Shown here: one piece after another, positions 1-10,164 of the stretch
Layout of the letters: each line of letters opens with the position of its first letter
Position numbering within the stretch: the stretch's first letter is position 1
Assembly (NCBI GenBank): GCA_964618805.1
Contig: CAZUBM010000006.1
Coordinates: 22,831 to 83,028, forward strand
DNA from: an uncultured Nitrososphaerota archaeon
GTDB taxonomy: Archaea; Korarchaeota; Korarchaeia; Korarchaeales; Korarchaeaceae
Direction: 5' to 3'
DNA: 60,198 bases
Program-made: the position numbers and the translations under genes
Notes under the pieces: model-generated
Told to the model about the DNA's origin: nothing
Seen by the model: only the letters and a program-made list of their open reading frames with translations
Database searches by the model: none

Positions 1-18
1 GCGCTGGCTACGACGAAG

Positions 19-3000
19 GAAGCAATCCTGAACTCCTGAAGAAGGAGATTGAGAGATGTGGCCACCCTCCGTTTCACAAGCGATTTTAATGATGAAGCAA
101 TCCTGAACTCCTGAAGAAGGAGATTGAGAGAAGGCCATCTTTGCCCTCATCACCAGGGGGTTGGAGCCGGAAGCAATCCTGAACTCCTGAAGAAGGAGAT
201 TGAGAGCGTTTCGATTTCTACCTTTTGGGCTATCATCCAAACACGAAGCAATCCTGAACTCCTGAAGAAGGAGATTGAGAGTAGAGCAATTTGTAACTCT
301 TCTCAGGCAGTCTCGATTTGAAGCAATCCTGAACTCCTGAAGAAGGAGATTGAGAGTATCGCAGACCTCCGCATCGTTGCTGATGCGGAGCTTGGAAGCA
401 ATCCTGAACTCCTGAAGAAGGAGATTGAGAGTTCACGGCTGTTTGGATAATGCCTTCTTCCTCCCACTTCGAAGCAATCCTGAACTCCTGAAGAAGGAGA
501 TTGAGAGCCAGAGCCAAGATCACCAAGCTGATACCGGAAGAGTGCAGAAGCAATCCTGAACTCCTGAAGAAGGAGATTGAGAGTAAGTTTGTTGTGTAAG
601 AAAGCTTTCCTCTTTCCTCGAAGCAATCCTGAACTCCTGAAGAAGGAGATTGAGAGTCCTACTTCGCTCTCAAGTTTAGCGGTTTTAACCAGATGAAGCA
701 ATCCTGAACTCCTGAAGAAGGAGATTGAGAGAAAATTGAAGGCTTTTTAGTGGTCTTAAAGTATTCGTCTGAAGCAATCCTGAACTCCTGAAGAAGGAGA
801 TTGAGAGTCATAAAGAAAAAAGGCTTCAGAAAAATGAAAAAATTAGAAGCAATCCTGAACTCCTGAAGAAGGAGATTGAGAGTGACAGAGGAATTCGCCC
901 TACCCTCGGGAGGGCGACTAGGAAGCAATCCTGAACTCCTGAAGAAGGAGATTGAGAGAAAATTGAAGGCTTTTTAGTGGTCTTAAAGTATTCGTCTGAA
1001 GCAATCCTGAACTCCTGAAGAAGGAGATTGAGAGTCATAAAGAAAAAAGGCTTCAGAAAAATGAAAAAATTAGAAGCAATCCTGAACTCCTGAAGAAGGA
1101 GATTGAGAGTGACAGAGGAATTCGCCCTACCCTCGGGAGGGCGACTAGGAAGCAATCCTGAACTCCTGAAGAAGGAGATTGAGAGTTTTTCTTTCAGATG
1201 GTCATAAGCATCCTCAAAATGGAGAAGCAATCCTGAACTCCTGAAGAAGGAGATTGAGAGGTAACCTCTTTCTCCTTTTCTATTTTTTATTTCCTAGTGG
1301 AAGCAATCCTGAACTCCTGAAGAAGGAGATTGAGAGTGCCATAAGAGGGCAGGAATGGTGAAGGTGACTGGGTCGGAAGCAATCCTGAACTCCTGAAGAA
1401 GGAGATTGAGAGATATGCGGAAATTCCCCAAGCAGGAAAACCGCCCATTCTTGAAGCAATCCTGAACTCCTGAAGAAGGAGATTGAGAGTTGGTAGCCTT
1501 TATGGTTTCCTCACCTTCGATAAAAGGGGAAGCAATCCTGAACTCCTGAAGAAGGAGATTGAGAGTGGTTATTTTATGACAGAGAAGGAAATAAAGTATA
1601 GGAAGCAATCCTGAACTCCTGAAGAAGGAGATTGAGAGAAGTCAAAAAGAAAAAAGGAAGGATTGAGGTTTAAGGTTTGAAGCAATCCTGAACTCCTGAA
1701 GAAGGAGATTGAGAGATGTATATTTCCTCAGCATCATAAGCATCCTTTCGCTCGAAGCAATCCTGAACTCCTGAAGAAGGAGATTGAGAGGATATCTGAC
1801 TTCCACAATTCAGCGATTAGGTGGTCGTTGAAGCAATCCTGAACTCCTGAAGAAGGAGATTGAGAGTTGATCTCCTTAATTTCCATCATAGGAGAATAGG
1901 CTTTGAAGCAATCCTGAACTCCTGAAGAAGGAGATTGAGAGTTATTCTCTTCTCAGTTCCACTGGGGATTACGAAAACGGAAGCAATCCTGAACTCCTGA
2001 AGAAGGAGATTGAGAGTACTTCGTCGAGGAACTCTGCTAGGAGCTCCCTTAGCTCTGAAGCAATCCTGAACTCCTGAAGAAGGAGATTGAGAGTCTTCAT
2101 CTTGGTTTTAGTAATCTTGTGCATTTACTTGCGAAGCAATCCTGAACTCCTGAAGAAGGAGATTGAGAGGAGAAATGGAGCACTATGCAGAAAGTGAATC
2201 TTCCGAGGAAGCAATCCTGAACTCCTGAAGAAGGAGATTGAGAGATTATGTTGGCTATTATGCTGGGCTCCTCAAGTTCTGCTAGAAGCAATCCTGAACT
2301 CCTGAAGAAGGAGATTGAGAGTCATACTCTGTCTTAGCCACTTCCTGACCCTGAGAGGAAGCAATCCTGAACTCCTGAAGAAGGAGATTGAGAGGAGCTT
2401 CTGGATAAGAGCCTTAGCCCCTTCTTCGCTTCTGAAGCAATCCTGAACTCCTGAAGAAGGAGATTGAGAGATTAACGACCCTTACGCAAGAAAAAAGCTT
2501 AAGAGAAGCAATCCTGAACTCCTGAAGAAGGAGATTGAGAGTATAGACCTTCAACCCGCATAAGCCGTTTTGAAGCAAGAGAAGCAATCCTGAACTCCTG
2601 AAGAAGGAGATTGAGAGATTATCAGCCACCAGTTAATTTGACTATACCAATTATCGAAGCAATCCTGAACTCCTGAAGAAGGAGATTGAGAGCAGTTTTG
2701 CTCCCTTCCCTGCGGGCAAGGGAGATATAAGAAGCAATCCTGAACTCCTGAAGAAGGAGATTGAGAGTCCTTCACATTTCTTGCAAGCCAATACACTTTT
2801 GAGAAGCAATCCTGAACTCCTGAAGAAGGAGATTGAGAGCTGAAGACCAAATTTCTATGATAATCATGGAAATGGAGAAGCAATCCTGAACTCCTGAAGA
2901 AGGAGATTGAGAGATTGTAAATGGTGACCCTTGAGCGTGGAGGTCTGTAAATTTTTGAAGCAATCCTGAACTCCTGAAGAAGGAGATTGAGAGGCCCTTG

Positions 3001-4576
3001 CAAGCCTTATGGGAAATATCTCGGGAGTGATGAAGCAATCCTGAACTCCTGAAGAAGGAGATTGAGAGTACCTCGAAAGCGTCGATAATAGCGGTGGCGC
3101 TGTACCTGAAGCAATCCTGAACTCCTGAAGAAGGAGATTGAGAGAAGATAAGGAAGCAATCAGAACAGGACGGAGCCTTATTGCAAGGAAGCAATCCTGA
3201 ACTCCTGAAGAAGGAGATTGAGAGGAAGATCCGCGTTGCTGAAGCATATCACGAGACATCCGTGAAGCAATCCTGAACTCCTGAAGAAGGAGATTGAGAG
3301 GCTGTTGATTACCAATTTACCGCACAATTTACACCGAAGCAATCCTGAACTCCTGAAGAAGGAGATTGAGAGGGAAACACAATTCGCATAGATCAAACTC
3401 CTTAACAAATGAAGCAATCCTGAACTCCTGAAGAAGGAGATTGAGAGAAAAAGTTAAGGCGTTCGGAAAATAAAAAAGGAAGGAGGAAGCAATCCTGAAC
3501 TCCTGAAGAAGGAGATTGAGAGTTTCCAATACAACTCGCCCCCCTTCGGTTCCTTCGGGAAGCAATCCTGAACTCCTGAAGAAGGAGATTGAGAGTTTCC
3601 AATACAACTCGCCCCCCTTCGGTTCCTTCGGGAAGCAATCCTGAACTCCTGAAGAAGGAGATTGAGAGATCAAGGACATGAGGGGGGGCCATAAGGAGAG
3701 GACGAGGAAGCAATCCTGAACTCCTGAAGAAGGAGATTGAGAGACTCTTCACTTTTTTCTTCTCTCTAACTTCAGCCTTCTCGAAGCAATCCTGAACTCC
3801 TGAAGAAGGAGATTGAGAGGACAGAGGCGTTTGTACTTCCTTGCCAAATCTCTCCCTTTGAAGCAATCCTGAACTCCTGAAGAAGGAGATTGAGAGGTAA
3901 ACTGTCCTCTTATGAGACCTTACAGTATGTTGCTTGAAGCAATCCTGAACTCCTGAAGAAGGAGATTGAGAGTTCTCAGGCACTTCCTCTGGAACTTCTA
4001 TGTACTTGTGAAGCAATCCTGAACTCCTGAAGAAGGAGATTGAGAGTTGGTTGTAATGAAGGTACCAAGTTTCTTGAGCCCCGAAGCAATCCTGAACTCC
4101 TGAAGAAGGAGATTGAGAGGATAACCGATTTTATTCAAAGGTCTCTAACAGCGTGATGAAGCAATCCTGAACTCCTGAAGAAGGAGATTGAGAGTTTTTC
4201 TTGAGAAACCGAGCCGCCTCATGGCCCTTCCTGAAGCAATCCTGAACTCCTGAAGAAGGAGATTGAGAGAAGAAAGTGGTAAAGTAATGTTTATGCTGGC
4301 CTTTGGCTGAAGCAATCCTGAACTCCTGAAGAAGGAGATTGAGAGTTGAGAGCTTGTCTAGGCACTCGAGCATCTGATCCCCCTGAAGCAATCCTGAACT
4401 CCTGAAGAAGGAGATTGAGAGTCGAATATTGGGAATTAAGCCAAATAGATCAAGTCCCTAGGAAGCAATCCTGAACTCCTGAAGAAGGAGATTGAGAGAA
4501 GCCTCGTTCTCCTTTGATTCCATACATACTTATCATTATGAAGCAATCCTGAACTCCTGAAGAAGGAGATTGAGAC
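19..4576 (+). CRISPR. CRISPR array, 61 repeats (GAAGCAATCCTGAACTCCTGAAGAAGGAGATTGAGAG, 37 bp), 60 spacers of ~34-43 bp; continues off the left edge
   Basis: Exact repeats counted by eye from 19 to 4540. The repeat has a CTCCT/AGGAG stem followed by ATTGAGAG (an ATTGAAAG-like 8-nt handle). The last repeat ends in C instead of G, marking the trailer end and supporting + orientation. Confidence 0.99.
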
Positions 4577-4882
4577 GAACTTGTGTGCCTTTAGTTTCCT
4601 CATGGCCGTTTCAATCAGTCTTTTCATATCTGATAAAAGAAGCTGGCCATCTCGTCCTTTATGAGAAATCAGAAGAAGTCAATAGAGAAATAGAGGTCTT
4701 CTTAAGATCCTTAGCATAGCAAAGCGAACAAGCTTTACTCATCCTTACGGCTTCCCAAGCCTCCCTAGCGCTTTAAGCATTTGACACGTTCTCAGAGCAA
4801 CCCCATTATTTCTGATGCTCTTATGCTGTGGCGATGATCCATTCAGGAGCCGCATGGCATTGTTTTTATCTAAAAAGTACTT

Positions 4883-5506
4883 CTAATATCTCTGCCATTC
4901 CCTCTTTTCATCTCTTATCTCTAGCCTCATCCAACAAAGAGTTCTTTACCCTACCTTAACTTCCTTATCTATGAAGTAACCTCCTTTAAATAGAGGTTGA
5001 AGGCTGGTGTGTCACGATCTGCAAACGAAGATTATTCCACTATACCCCCCTTCTTCCGCCTTTCTCCTTAAGAAGCGCAACACTTTACTGCCGAGTCCCC
5101 GTCTCTTGTATGCTGGTCGAGTGCGAGGACAATAAGCTCTAGAACTCTTTCTTTATAGCTAGGCTCCTCCTTATGAATCTCCTCAAGCATCTTTTGCTGC
5201 CTTCCAACCTAGAACCCTGATGAGAGTGAAAATGAACTTTAACAGGGCGAAGGCTGATGGCTCTTCTTTTGAGTCCACCGAGAGAGATATGCAAGCCATC
5301 TTCTCATCCTTACTTATCCCATAGAGGTAGGATCTCTTAGAACTGCCAAAGAAATCGAGAAAAGCCTTCATCACTGCTCTTGTGGTTTTCTTGCTTGCTC
5401 CTAAAGAAGGAATTAAGGGATCGCCTTCCTCGAAGGCCTCTGTTAGGACATCTAAGACCTCTTCGCTCTCAGATTCAAGAAGTTCTATCCTTGTCTTGTT
5501 TACCAT
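4883..5506 (-). pseudogene. GNAT-family acetyltransferase, frameshifted
   Basis: ORF 5183-5506 stops early. Downstream frames give pieces reading approximately LEL..TRPAYKRRGLGSKVLRFL and DRDTPAFNLYLKE (acetyl-CoA-binding motif A and C-terminal LY motif). Confidence 0.6.
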
Positions 5507-5540
5507 GGAACCTCGCTCATCTTTTCCCTGATTTTCGGCC

Positions 5541-5714
5541 CCAATAGGACCGGTGAAGGGCCAGGTTGTTGAGTTAGAAATGATGCTTGATAAATACTAC
5601 GAGCTGAGAGGATGGGACAAGGAAACAGGCCTGCCAAAGAAGGAAACGTTGCTTAGGATCGGCTTGCAGGATGTTGCTGAGGACCTAGAGGCTAGGGGAA
5701 TTAAACTCCTATGA
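5541..5714 (+). pseudogene. C-terminal remnant of an aldehyde:ferredoxin oxidoreductase
   Basis: Translates as [49 protein letters not shown], closely matching the C-termini of the AORs at 29841 and 33620. Confidence 0.85.
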
Positions 5715-5899
5715 GATGAGATATGCCGATCTCAAAACCTGGTTAACGGGAAGCTAAGTTTCTCCTAAGGTCGCTTTGATGTCTTCTTCGGTTACCCTTG
5801 GGTAGTTCTAGATGGGGGTTGATCGCCTATTTTTAGCTTTGCATTGGTTAACTAAGAAGTTTTAAATCGGCAGAAATTACTCCAATTTGAGGTATTAAA

Positions 5900-6226
5900 A
5901 TGACGCGGACCAAATCCTTACCTAAGGAGCTTATGAGGAGAGGAATAGAAGAGAAATTGGTCGAAATATGTGAGAAAAATAATATAATTTTCATGGCTGT
6001 CTTTGGTTCCCTTATCAGAGGTGAGCATAAGAAGAGCAGCGACATCGACATCGCAATTGAGTTCGAGGAACGTAAGAGAAAAAGTCTTCTAGATCTAGTT
6101 AGAATTGAAAGGGAGTTAAGCAAATTATTCAAAAGAAAAGTGGATCTCGGAATTTTTAGCAGTTTAAGTCCTTACATAATAGAAAATGTGAGAAAGGAGA
6201 TGGTCATCATTTATGAAAAGAGATGA
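5900..6226 (+). CDS. Minimal nucleotidyltransferase (MNT) antitoxin
   Basis: VFGSLIRGEHKKSSDIDI motif, 108 aa, overlaps the downstream HEPN gene. Confidence 0.92.
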   Translation: MTRTKSLPKELMRRGIEEKLVEICEKNNIIFMAVFGSLIRGEHKKSSDIDIAIEFEERKRKSLLDLVRIERELSKLFKRKVDLGIFSSLSPYIIENVRKEMVIIYEKR

Positions 6227-6566
6227 AGCTTATTTAAGGCATATCTTAGAGGCAATATCTGATATACGACAATTTATTGAAGGCATATCAGAGGAGGCCT
6301 TCATGAAAAATAAGGAGAAGCAATACGCTGTTTTAAGGGCACTTGAAATAATAGGAGAAGCAACAAAGAATCTAAGTGAGAAGTTGAAGGTGGAACATCC
6401 AGAAATCCCTTGGAAAGATATCGCTGGTATGAGAAATAAGCTCATTCATCAGTATTTCGGTGTAAAGATGGAGCTGGTTTGGGAAACAGTCAAGAGTAAA
6501 CTACCTGAGCTTGAAAGACAAATTCTTAAAATTCTAGAGGAAATTGAGAGGCGAGAGGATCGATAA
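6213..6566 (+). CDS. HEPN/DUF86 (HepT-like) ribonuclease toxin
   Basis: IIGEA and IPWKDIAGMRNKLIHQYF (RX4HXY) motifs. Confidence 0.93.
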   Translation: MKRDEAYLRHILEAISDIRQFIEGISEEAFMKNKEKQYAVLRALEIIGEATKNLSEKLKVEHPEIPWKDIAGMRNKLIHQYFGVKMELVWETVKSKLPELERQILKILEEIERREDR

Positions 6567-6901
6567 CAGCCCTATTAAGCTTCTCAAGCAGCTTAAAGCT
6601 GCCTCCGAAAGTCTATTTCCACCATGCTCGAAAGTTCTCTTTTCTAAGTTCATCTAGAAATTCGCTTTTAGTCCAAAGCATTGCTATTATGTTTCTTTCG
6701 ATCTCCTGATCCTTATTTCATCTAGCTCTTAGTTCCTTTAAGGGAATGCGGAAGTAGATAGCATATCTTCCTCAAGCAAGTGTTCCTCTAAGCTCGTGAA
6801 CTCATCTTGTACAAGATTCCTCCTTCCCTCACTTTCGCCCCGCTCTTCCTTCATCATCTTCACCATTCTCAGGATTTGCATGGCCTATGAGTCCTAACAT
6901 A

Positions 6902-7040
6902 TCAGGTACGGGAAGGAATTTTGAATTCCTTCCTCTTTACGACATTTGAGGGCTCGAGCCTTGGTATATCTAGCCCATCAAAGTGTTTATCATAAGAAAT
7001 TATGGCCGTTACTCCCAATTTCTTTGCAACCGTGTACTGG
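6902..7040 (-). pseudogene. C-terminal fragment of a PIN/VapC protein
   Basis: TVAKKLGVTAIISYDKHFDGLDIPRLEP is a typical PIN C-terminus. The upstream part of ORF 6902-7201 is not PIN-like. Confidence 0.65.
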
Positions 7041-7375
7041 ATGCAAAGTACACGGCTTCTCCCTGGCTTCGCTTGTTGATCAATCTTTGTAGCCTTGCCA
7101 TCGGGAGCCATTACCTTATCACCTAGAATCCATGCCTCCCTTTCCTGGTAACTATGAATCCAGGGCTTAAGGCATTCGACTGGCTTAAAATTGGATTCCA
7201 CTCATCCGCGCGATGGATGTATGAGTGATAATTTGTGATGTTGAAAGGCGCATGTGATGTGTATAGGGGTAGGGGATGTGAAGGTTAACGTCCTGTTTCT
7301 AGCGTTGTTGTTGATTTTGTTGGCGCGCGCTAACGTTGAAGATATGCCTAAAGTTATATTTGCATTAGACCTATC

Positions 7376-7410
7376 CTTTCAATCTCTCTCTGAGGGACTC
7401 TTATTGTAAC
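7376..7410 (-). repeat. Solitary CRISPR-like repeat GTTACAATAAGAGTCCCTCAGAGAGAGATTGAAAG
   Basis: GTTACAATAAGA 5' end and ATTGAAAG 3' end typical of archaeal repeats; single copy in the window. Confidence 0.7.
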
Positions 7411-7420
7411 GGAATCTCAC

Positions 7421-7574
7421 ATAAACCATCTTGAGGGATAGCGCGCTACATGGGTAAGGACGGGGCTGAATTGACAGCCCTTAACTCCACATGAAGGCTG
7501 GGTGTGGCTTGTAGCCTCCAAACATCCACACCAGAAAGTGGAGAAGCTCCCAACTTAAGTTGGGAGAGTGTCAA
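7421..7574 (+). mobile_element. IS200/IS605-family (tnpB) 3'-end and right-end remnant, omega/reRNA-like
   Basis: Three hairpins: GGGCTG/CAGCCC at ~7462-7480, GGTGTGG/CCACACC at 7501-7532 and the perfect palindrome CTCCCAACTTAAGTTGGGAG at 7547-7566. The last is preceded by GAAG and followed by GTCA, the usual layout of IS605/IS1341 right ends. Confidence 0.65.
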
Positions 7575-8782
7575 GTTATAACCGCTAAGAAAAGATGGAT
7601 ATTATCCTCATCTAAGATCTTCACACCCCTTGGGTAGCGGCGATGCGGCTTCCCAACCTTAATCTCTATCCTCAGATCGTTCGCTAGGACGTCAACCTCA
7701 TATGAGTCCCTATAGTAAAAAACCTCACCGTATCTCCTGAGGAGGTGTGCCTGGACCACCCACTCGTAAAGGGCAGCATCCAAGAACTTTGTGAGTGTCC
7801 ATAGCGAAAGGGATCTGGCCGTAAAAGGATCCAAGAAGAAGAATTTGCTCTCTTTCCTCCAGAAGACTTTCTTCCCCCTCCTGTACATGGCTCGGTCGAG
7901 CACCATGAGAGCTCTGAAAATTTCCAAGTATTCCCTAACTGTCCTGTGTGAGACAGAGAGTTCTGAGCCTATTGAGGCATAGGATAAGGGAGACGGTGCC
8001 TTCCTCAGGATGGAAGACACCAACCCTCTTGCAAGGTGGGGATCTCTCCCAGCCCTTAGCAGCTCGCCCTCTAGCGACCTTATGGTGTACTCTGCAGCCC
8101 TTGGATCCTTATTAACTGATAGAGGGAACCCTCCGACCTCTAGGTATTCGTGGAAAAGCTCCATTATTGCTCTGGACTTCGGAAGGAGCCTGGACATATC
8201 CATTTCAATGTCACCACTAACCTTAACATCCACACCTTTGACATGGAGAAACTCCTTGAAGGAGAGTGGTTGCGCGATGACCTCCCTGCCCCGCCCCATC
8301 CTGCCGGGGAAGAGCTCAACCTCACCTCTTAACCTTAGAGAAGAGGAACCCGTTAAAACCAAGACGTCCTTGGCGAAGAAACCAGCATCCACATAGCCCT
8401 TTATCACCTTCCACCAGCCCTTAAGGCTGGTCACCTCATCCAAGAACACGTAGCTCATCTTAACTTCAGATGCCCTTCTAAATGAATCGTAGTCTTCCAG
8501 CATGATTCGGAGGGATTCAGGATCCGGAGCCACATCCAAGTTGAGGTACAATATTGCTTCGGGCCTCACTTTTTTAAGCAGCTCTTCTATCAGCAGATGG
8601 ATGCCTGTAGTTTTTCCTACGAGCCTTGGTCCTATGACAAAGTTGAGAGAGAAGGGCTCCAGGCTCAGCTTTTCTATCCAGCTCGGCCTCCATCTGACCT
8701 CCTTATTGGCCCATTCTGCGACGACTGGGCTGCCCTTGCCCTCCCACCACGGGTTATAAAGGGACAACAGGTCTTTCGACAT
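7571..8782 (-). CDS. AAA+ ATPase (AAA_14 + DUF4143, COG1373-like)
   Basis: YNPWW N-terminus, Walker A GPRLVGKTT, Walker B VFLDEV, LTGSS, GGFP and C-terminal EVD motifs. Confidence 0.9.
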   Translation of the reverse strand: MSKDLLSLYNPWWEGKGSPVVAEWANKEVRWRPSWIEKLSLEPFSLNFVIGPRLVGKTTGIHLLIEELLKKVRPEAILYLNLDVAPDPESLRIMLEDYDSFRRASEVKMSYVFLDEVTSLKGWWKVIKGYVDAGFFAKDVLVLTGSSSLRLRGEVELFPGRMGRGREVIAQPLSFKEFLHVKGVDVKVSGDIEMDMSRLLPKSRAIMELFHEYLEVGGFPLSVNKDPRAAEYTIRSLEGELLRAGRDPHLARGLVSSILRKAPSPLSYASIGSELSVSHRTVREYLEIFRALMVLDRAMYRRGKKVFWRKESKFFFLDPFTARSLSLWTLTKFLDAALYEWVVQAHLLRRYGEVFYYRDSYEVDVLANDLRIEIKVGKPHRRYPRGVKILDEDNIHLFLAVIT

Positions 8783-8997
8783 CTTGATACTCTAACTATC
8801 AATGTGTATATAAAGATTTGATATTTATGATAACATAATGAACATAGGCAGCCCTCATAAGTCATGATGTAAACACCCTGAAGGGGCAGTTTGGATGATT
8901 ACAAAGAATTTTTTAGCTAGGTTTCTCATTCTTCCATGTTTTACACGAAGAAAGCCACTTGATGAGTAATCTGGCATGTCAGATTCGAATTTGTCAG

Positions 8998-9166
8998 GAG
9001 TCCCTTTTATCAAGGATTGAAAGTGTTTGGCTGAAGTATTTTCTAAACTATCTTCAGTTCCTACCGAATCCCAGTAAAGGGGATTGAAAGTTTTGCACAT
9101 AAGAACTCCCTATAATGATGATAAAACCACGTTTCAATCAGATTCTCCGAGAAAGGAGGTTGAAAG
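8998..9166 (+). CRISPR. Degenerate mixed mini-array (3 repeat-like units, 2 spacers)
   Basis: GAGTCCCTTTTATCAAGGATTGAAAG (8998-9023), GAATCCCAGTAAAGGGGATTGAAAG (9066-9090) and GTTTCAATCAGATTCTCCGAGAAAGGAGGTTGAAAG (9131-9166), separated by 42 and 40 nt. Confidence 0.7.
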
Positions 9167-9610
9167 TGTTACTGTAACGCTTTGCTGTTCGACTTAGGTC
9201 TGAGGAACTCATGACTTTAACTACTCCAACCCTCTCCTGGAACTCTTTACTTCTAACTTTCTTAGGAAGTTCCTCATCATCTGTGATCAGAGGAACGCCC
9301 ATTTTCAAGGCAGTAGCTACATAAGAAGCATCATAAAAAGTGATGTGCTCTCCAACCGCAATCTTAAGCACTTGCACCCTTGAAGGGGGATCTACTAATC
9401 TCATCTTACTGTAAAGGAGATCCATCGTCTCTTGAAGCTCCATAGCCTCCTCCAAAGTGATCCTTCCCAAGAGCTTTGCCTCCTTCCAGAGAGCATTCCC
9501 AACTTCGTAAGGGTTAAGGTTAGAAGAGCGTTTCCCTCCAAAAGATCCAAGGCAAGCTCTTTGCCAGTTCTCACCAATTTAAGGAGAGCAGAAGCGTCCA
9601 TCAGCATCAT
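9138..9610 (-). pseudogene. vapC: PIN/VapC toxin, frameshifted
   Basis: N-terminus MDASALLKL in ORF 9401-9610, C-terminus ITFYDASYV..LITDD in ORF 9138-9470. The frames switch near 9500-9510. Confidence 0.85.
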
Positions 9611-9828
9611 CTTTCCCTGTCATCCCTGATTAGCCTAGCTATCTCTTCTTCAGGGATCTTCCTTAAGATCTCTCCTGCTCTCTTAAGCTTCTTAAGGAGC
9701 TCTTCCCTCTCTCTTCTCTCTACTTCTCTTTTTAGGGCCTCCTTCATCACTTCGCTTATGTTTATCCCGTATTTTTTGGCCTTCTCTACGACCATCCTGT
9801 CGACCTTAGCAGAAACGGTAATACTCAT
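9607..9828 (-). CDS. CcdA/RHH-like antitoxin (VapB)
   Basis: MSITVSAKVD..KAKKYGINISEV..EAL, small charged protein overlapping the PIN start. Confidence 0.85.
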   Translation of the reverse strand: MSITVSAKVDRMVVEKAKKYGINISEVMKEALKREVERREREELLKKLKRAGEILRKIPEEEIARLIRDDRER

Positions 9829-9979
9829 TTTGTAAACCAAGAAAGTTATACGGATAGAGTAGTCATATAAGTCTTGACAAAATTGAAAATAGCGAATATC
9901 GTATTAATGCAATCTCTGAAGGGATTGATTTTGATTGAACTACATACTCGTGTAGAGGGAAGAGAGACTTTATGGTAGT

Positions 9980-10031
9980 AAAGGAGTTCTAGAAGAGACA
10001 GATCCAAAGGAGTTCTAGAAGAGACAGATCC
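9980..10031. repeat. Perfect 26-bp tandem duplication
   Basis: AAAGGAGTTCTAGAAGAGACAGATCC at 9980-10005 and 10006-10031. Confidence 0.95.
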
Positions 10032-10164
10032 CTACTAAAGTGACAAATTATGTTTTCCTATCAAACAATCTTTGCACTCAATGGATATCAGACGAATATT
10101 GATCTAAATGCTTTACGATCCAGTAGTTCCTAGTTATCTCTCCCCCTATATATGCTAGACCTCT

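Noticed and set aside
3145-3187. GAAGCAATC inside a spacer, matching the repeat start
   Set aside because: Only 9 nt, and the spacer length is normal; likely chance.
56-4539. Self-targeting of main-array spacers within the window
   Set aside because: No match found by eye; an exact search is needed to exclude it.
124-4627. Many ORFs over the CRISPR array
   Set aside because: They are translations of the repeat (SQSPSSGVQDCF, LSISFFRSSGLL), not genes.
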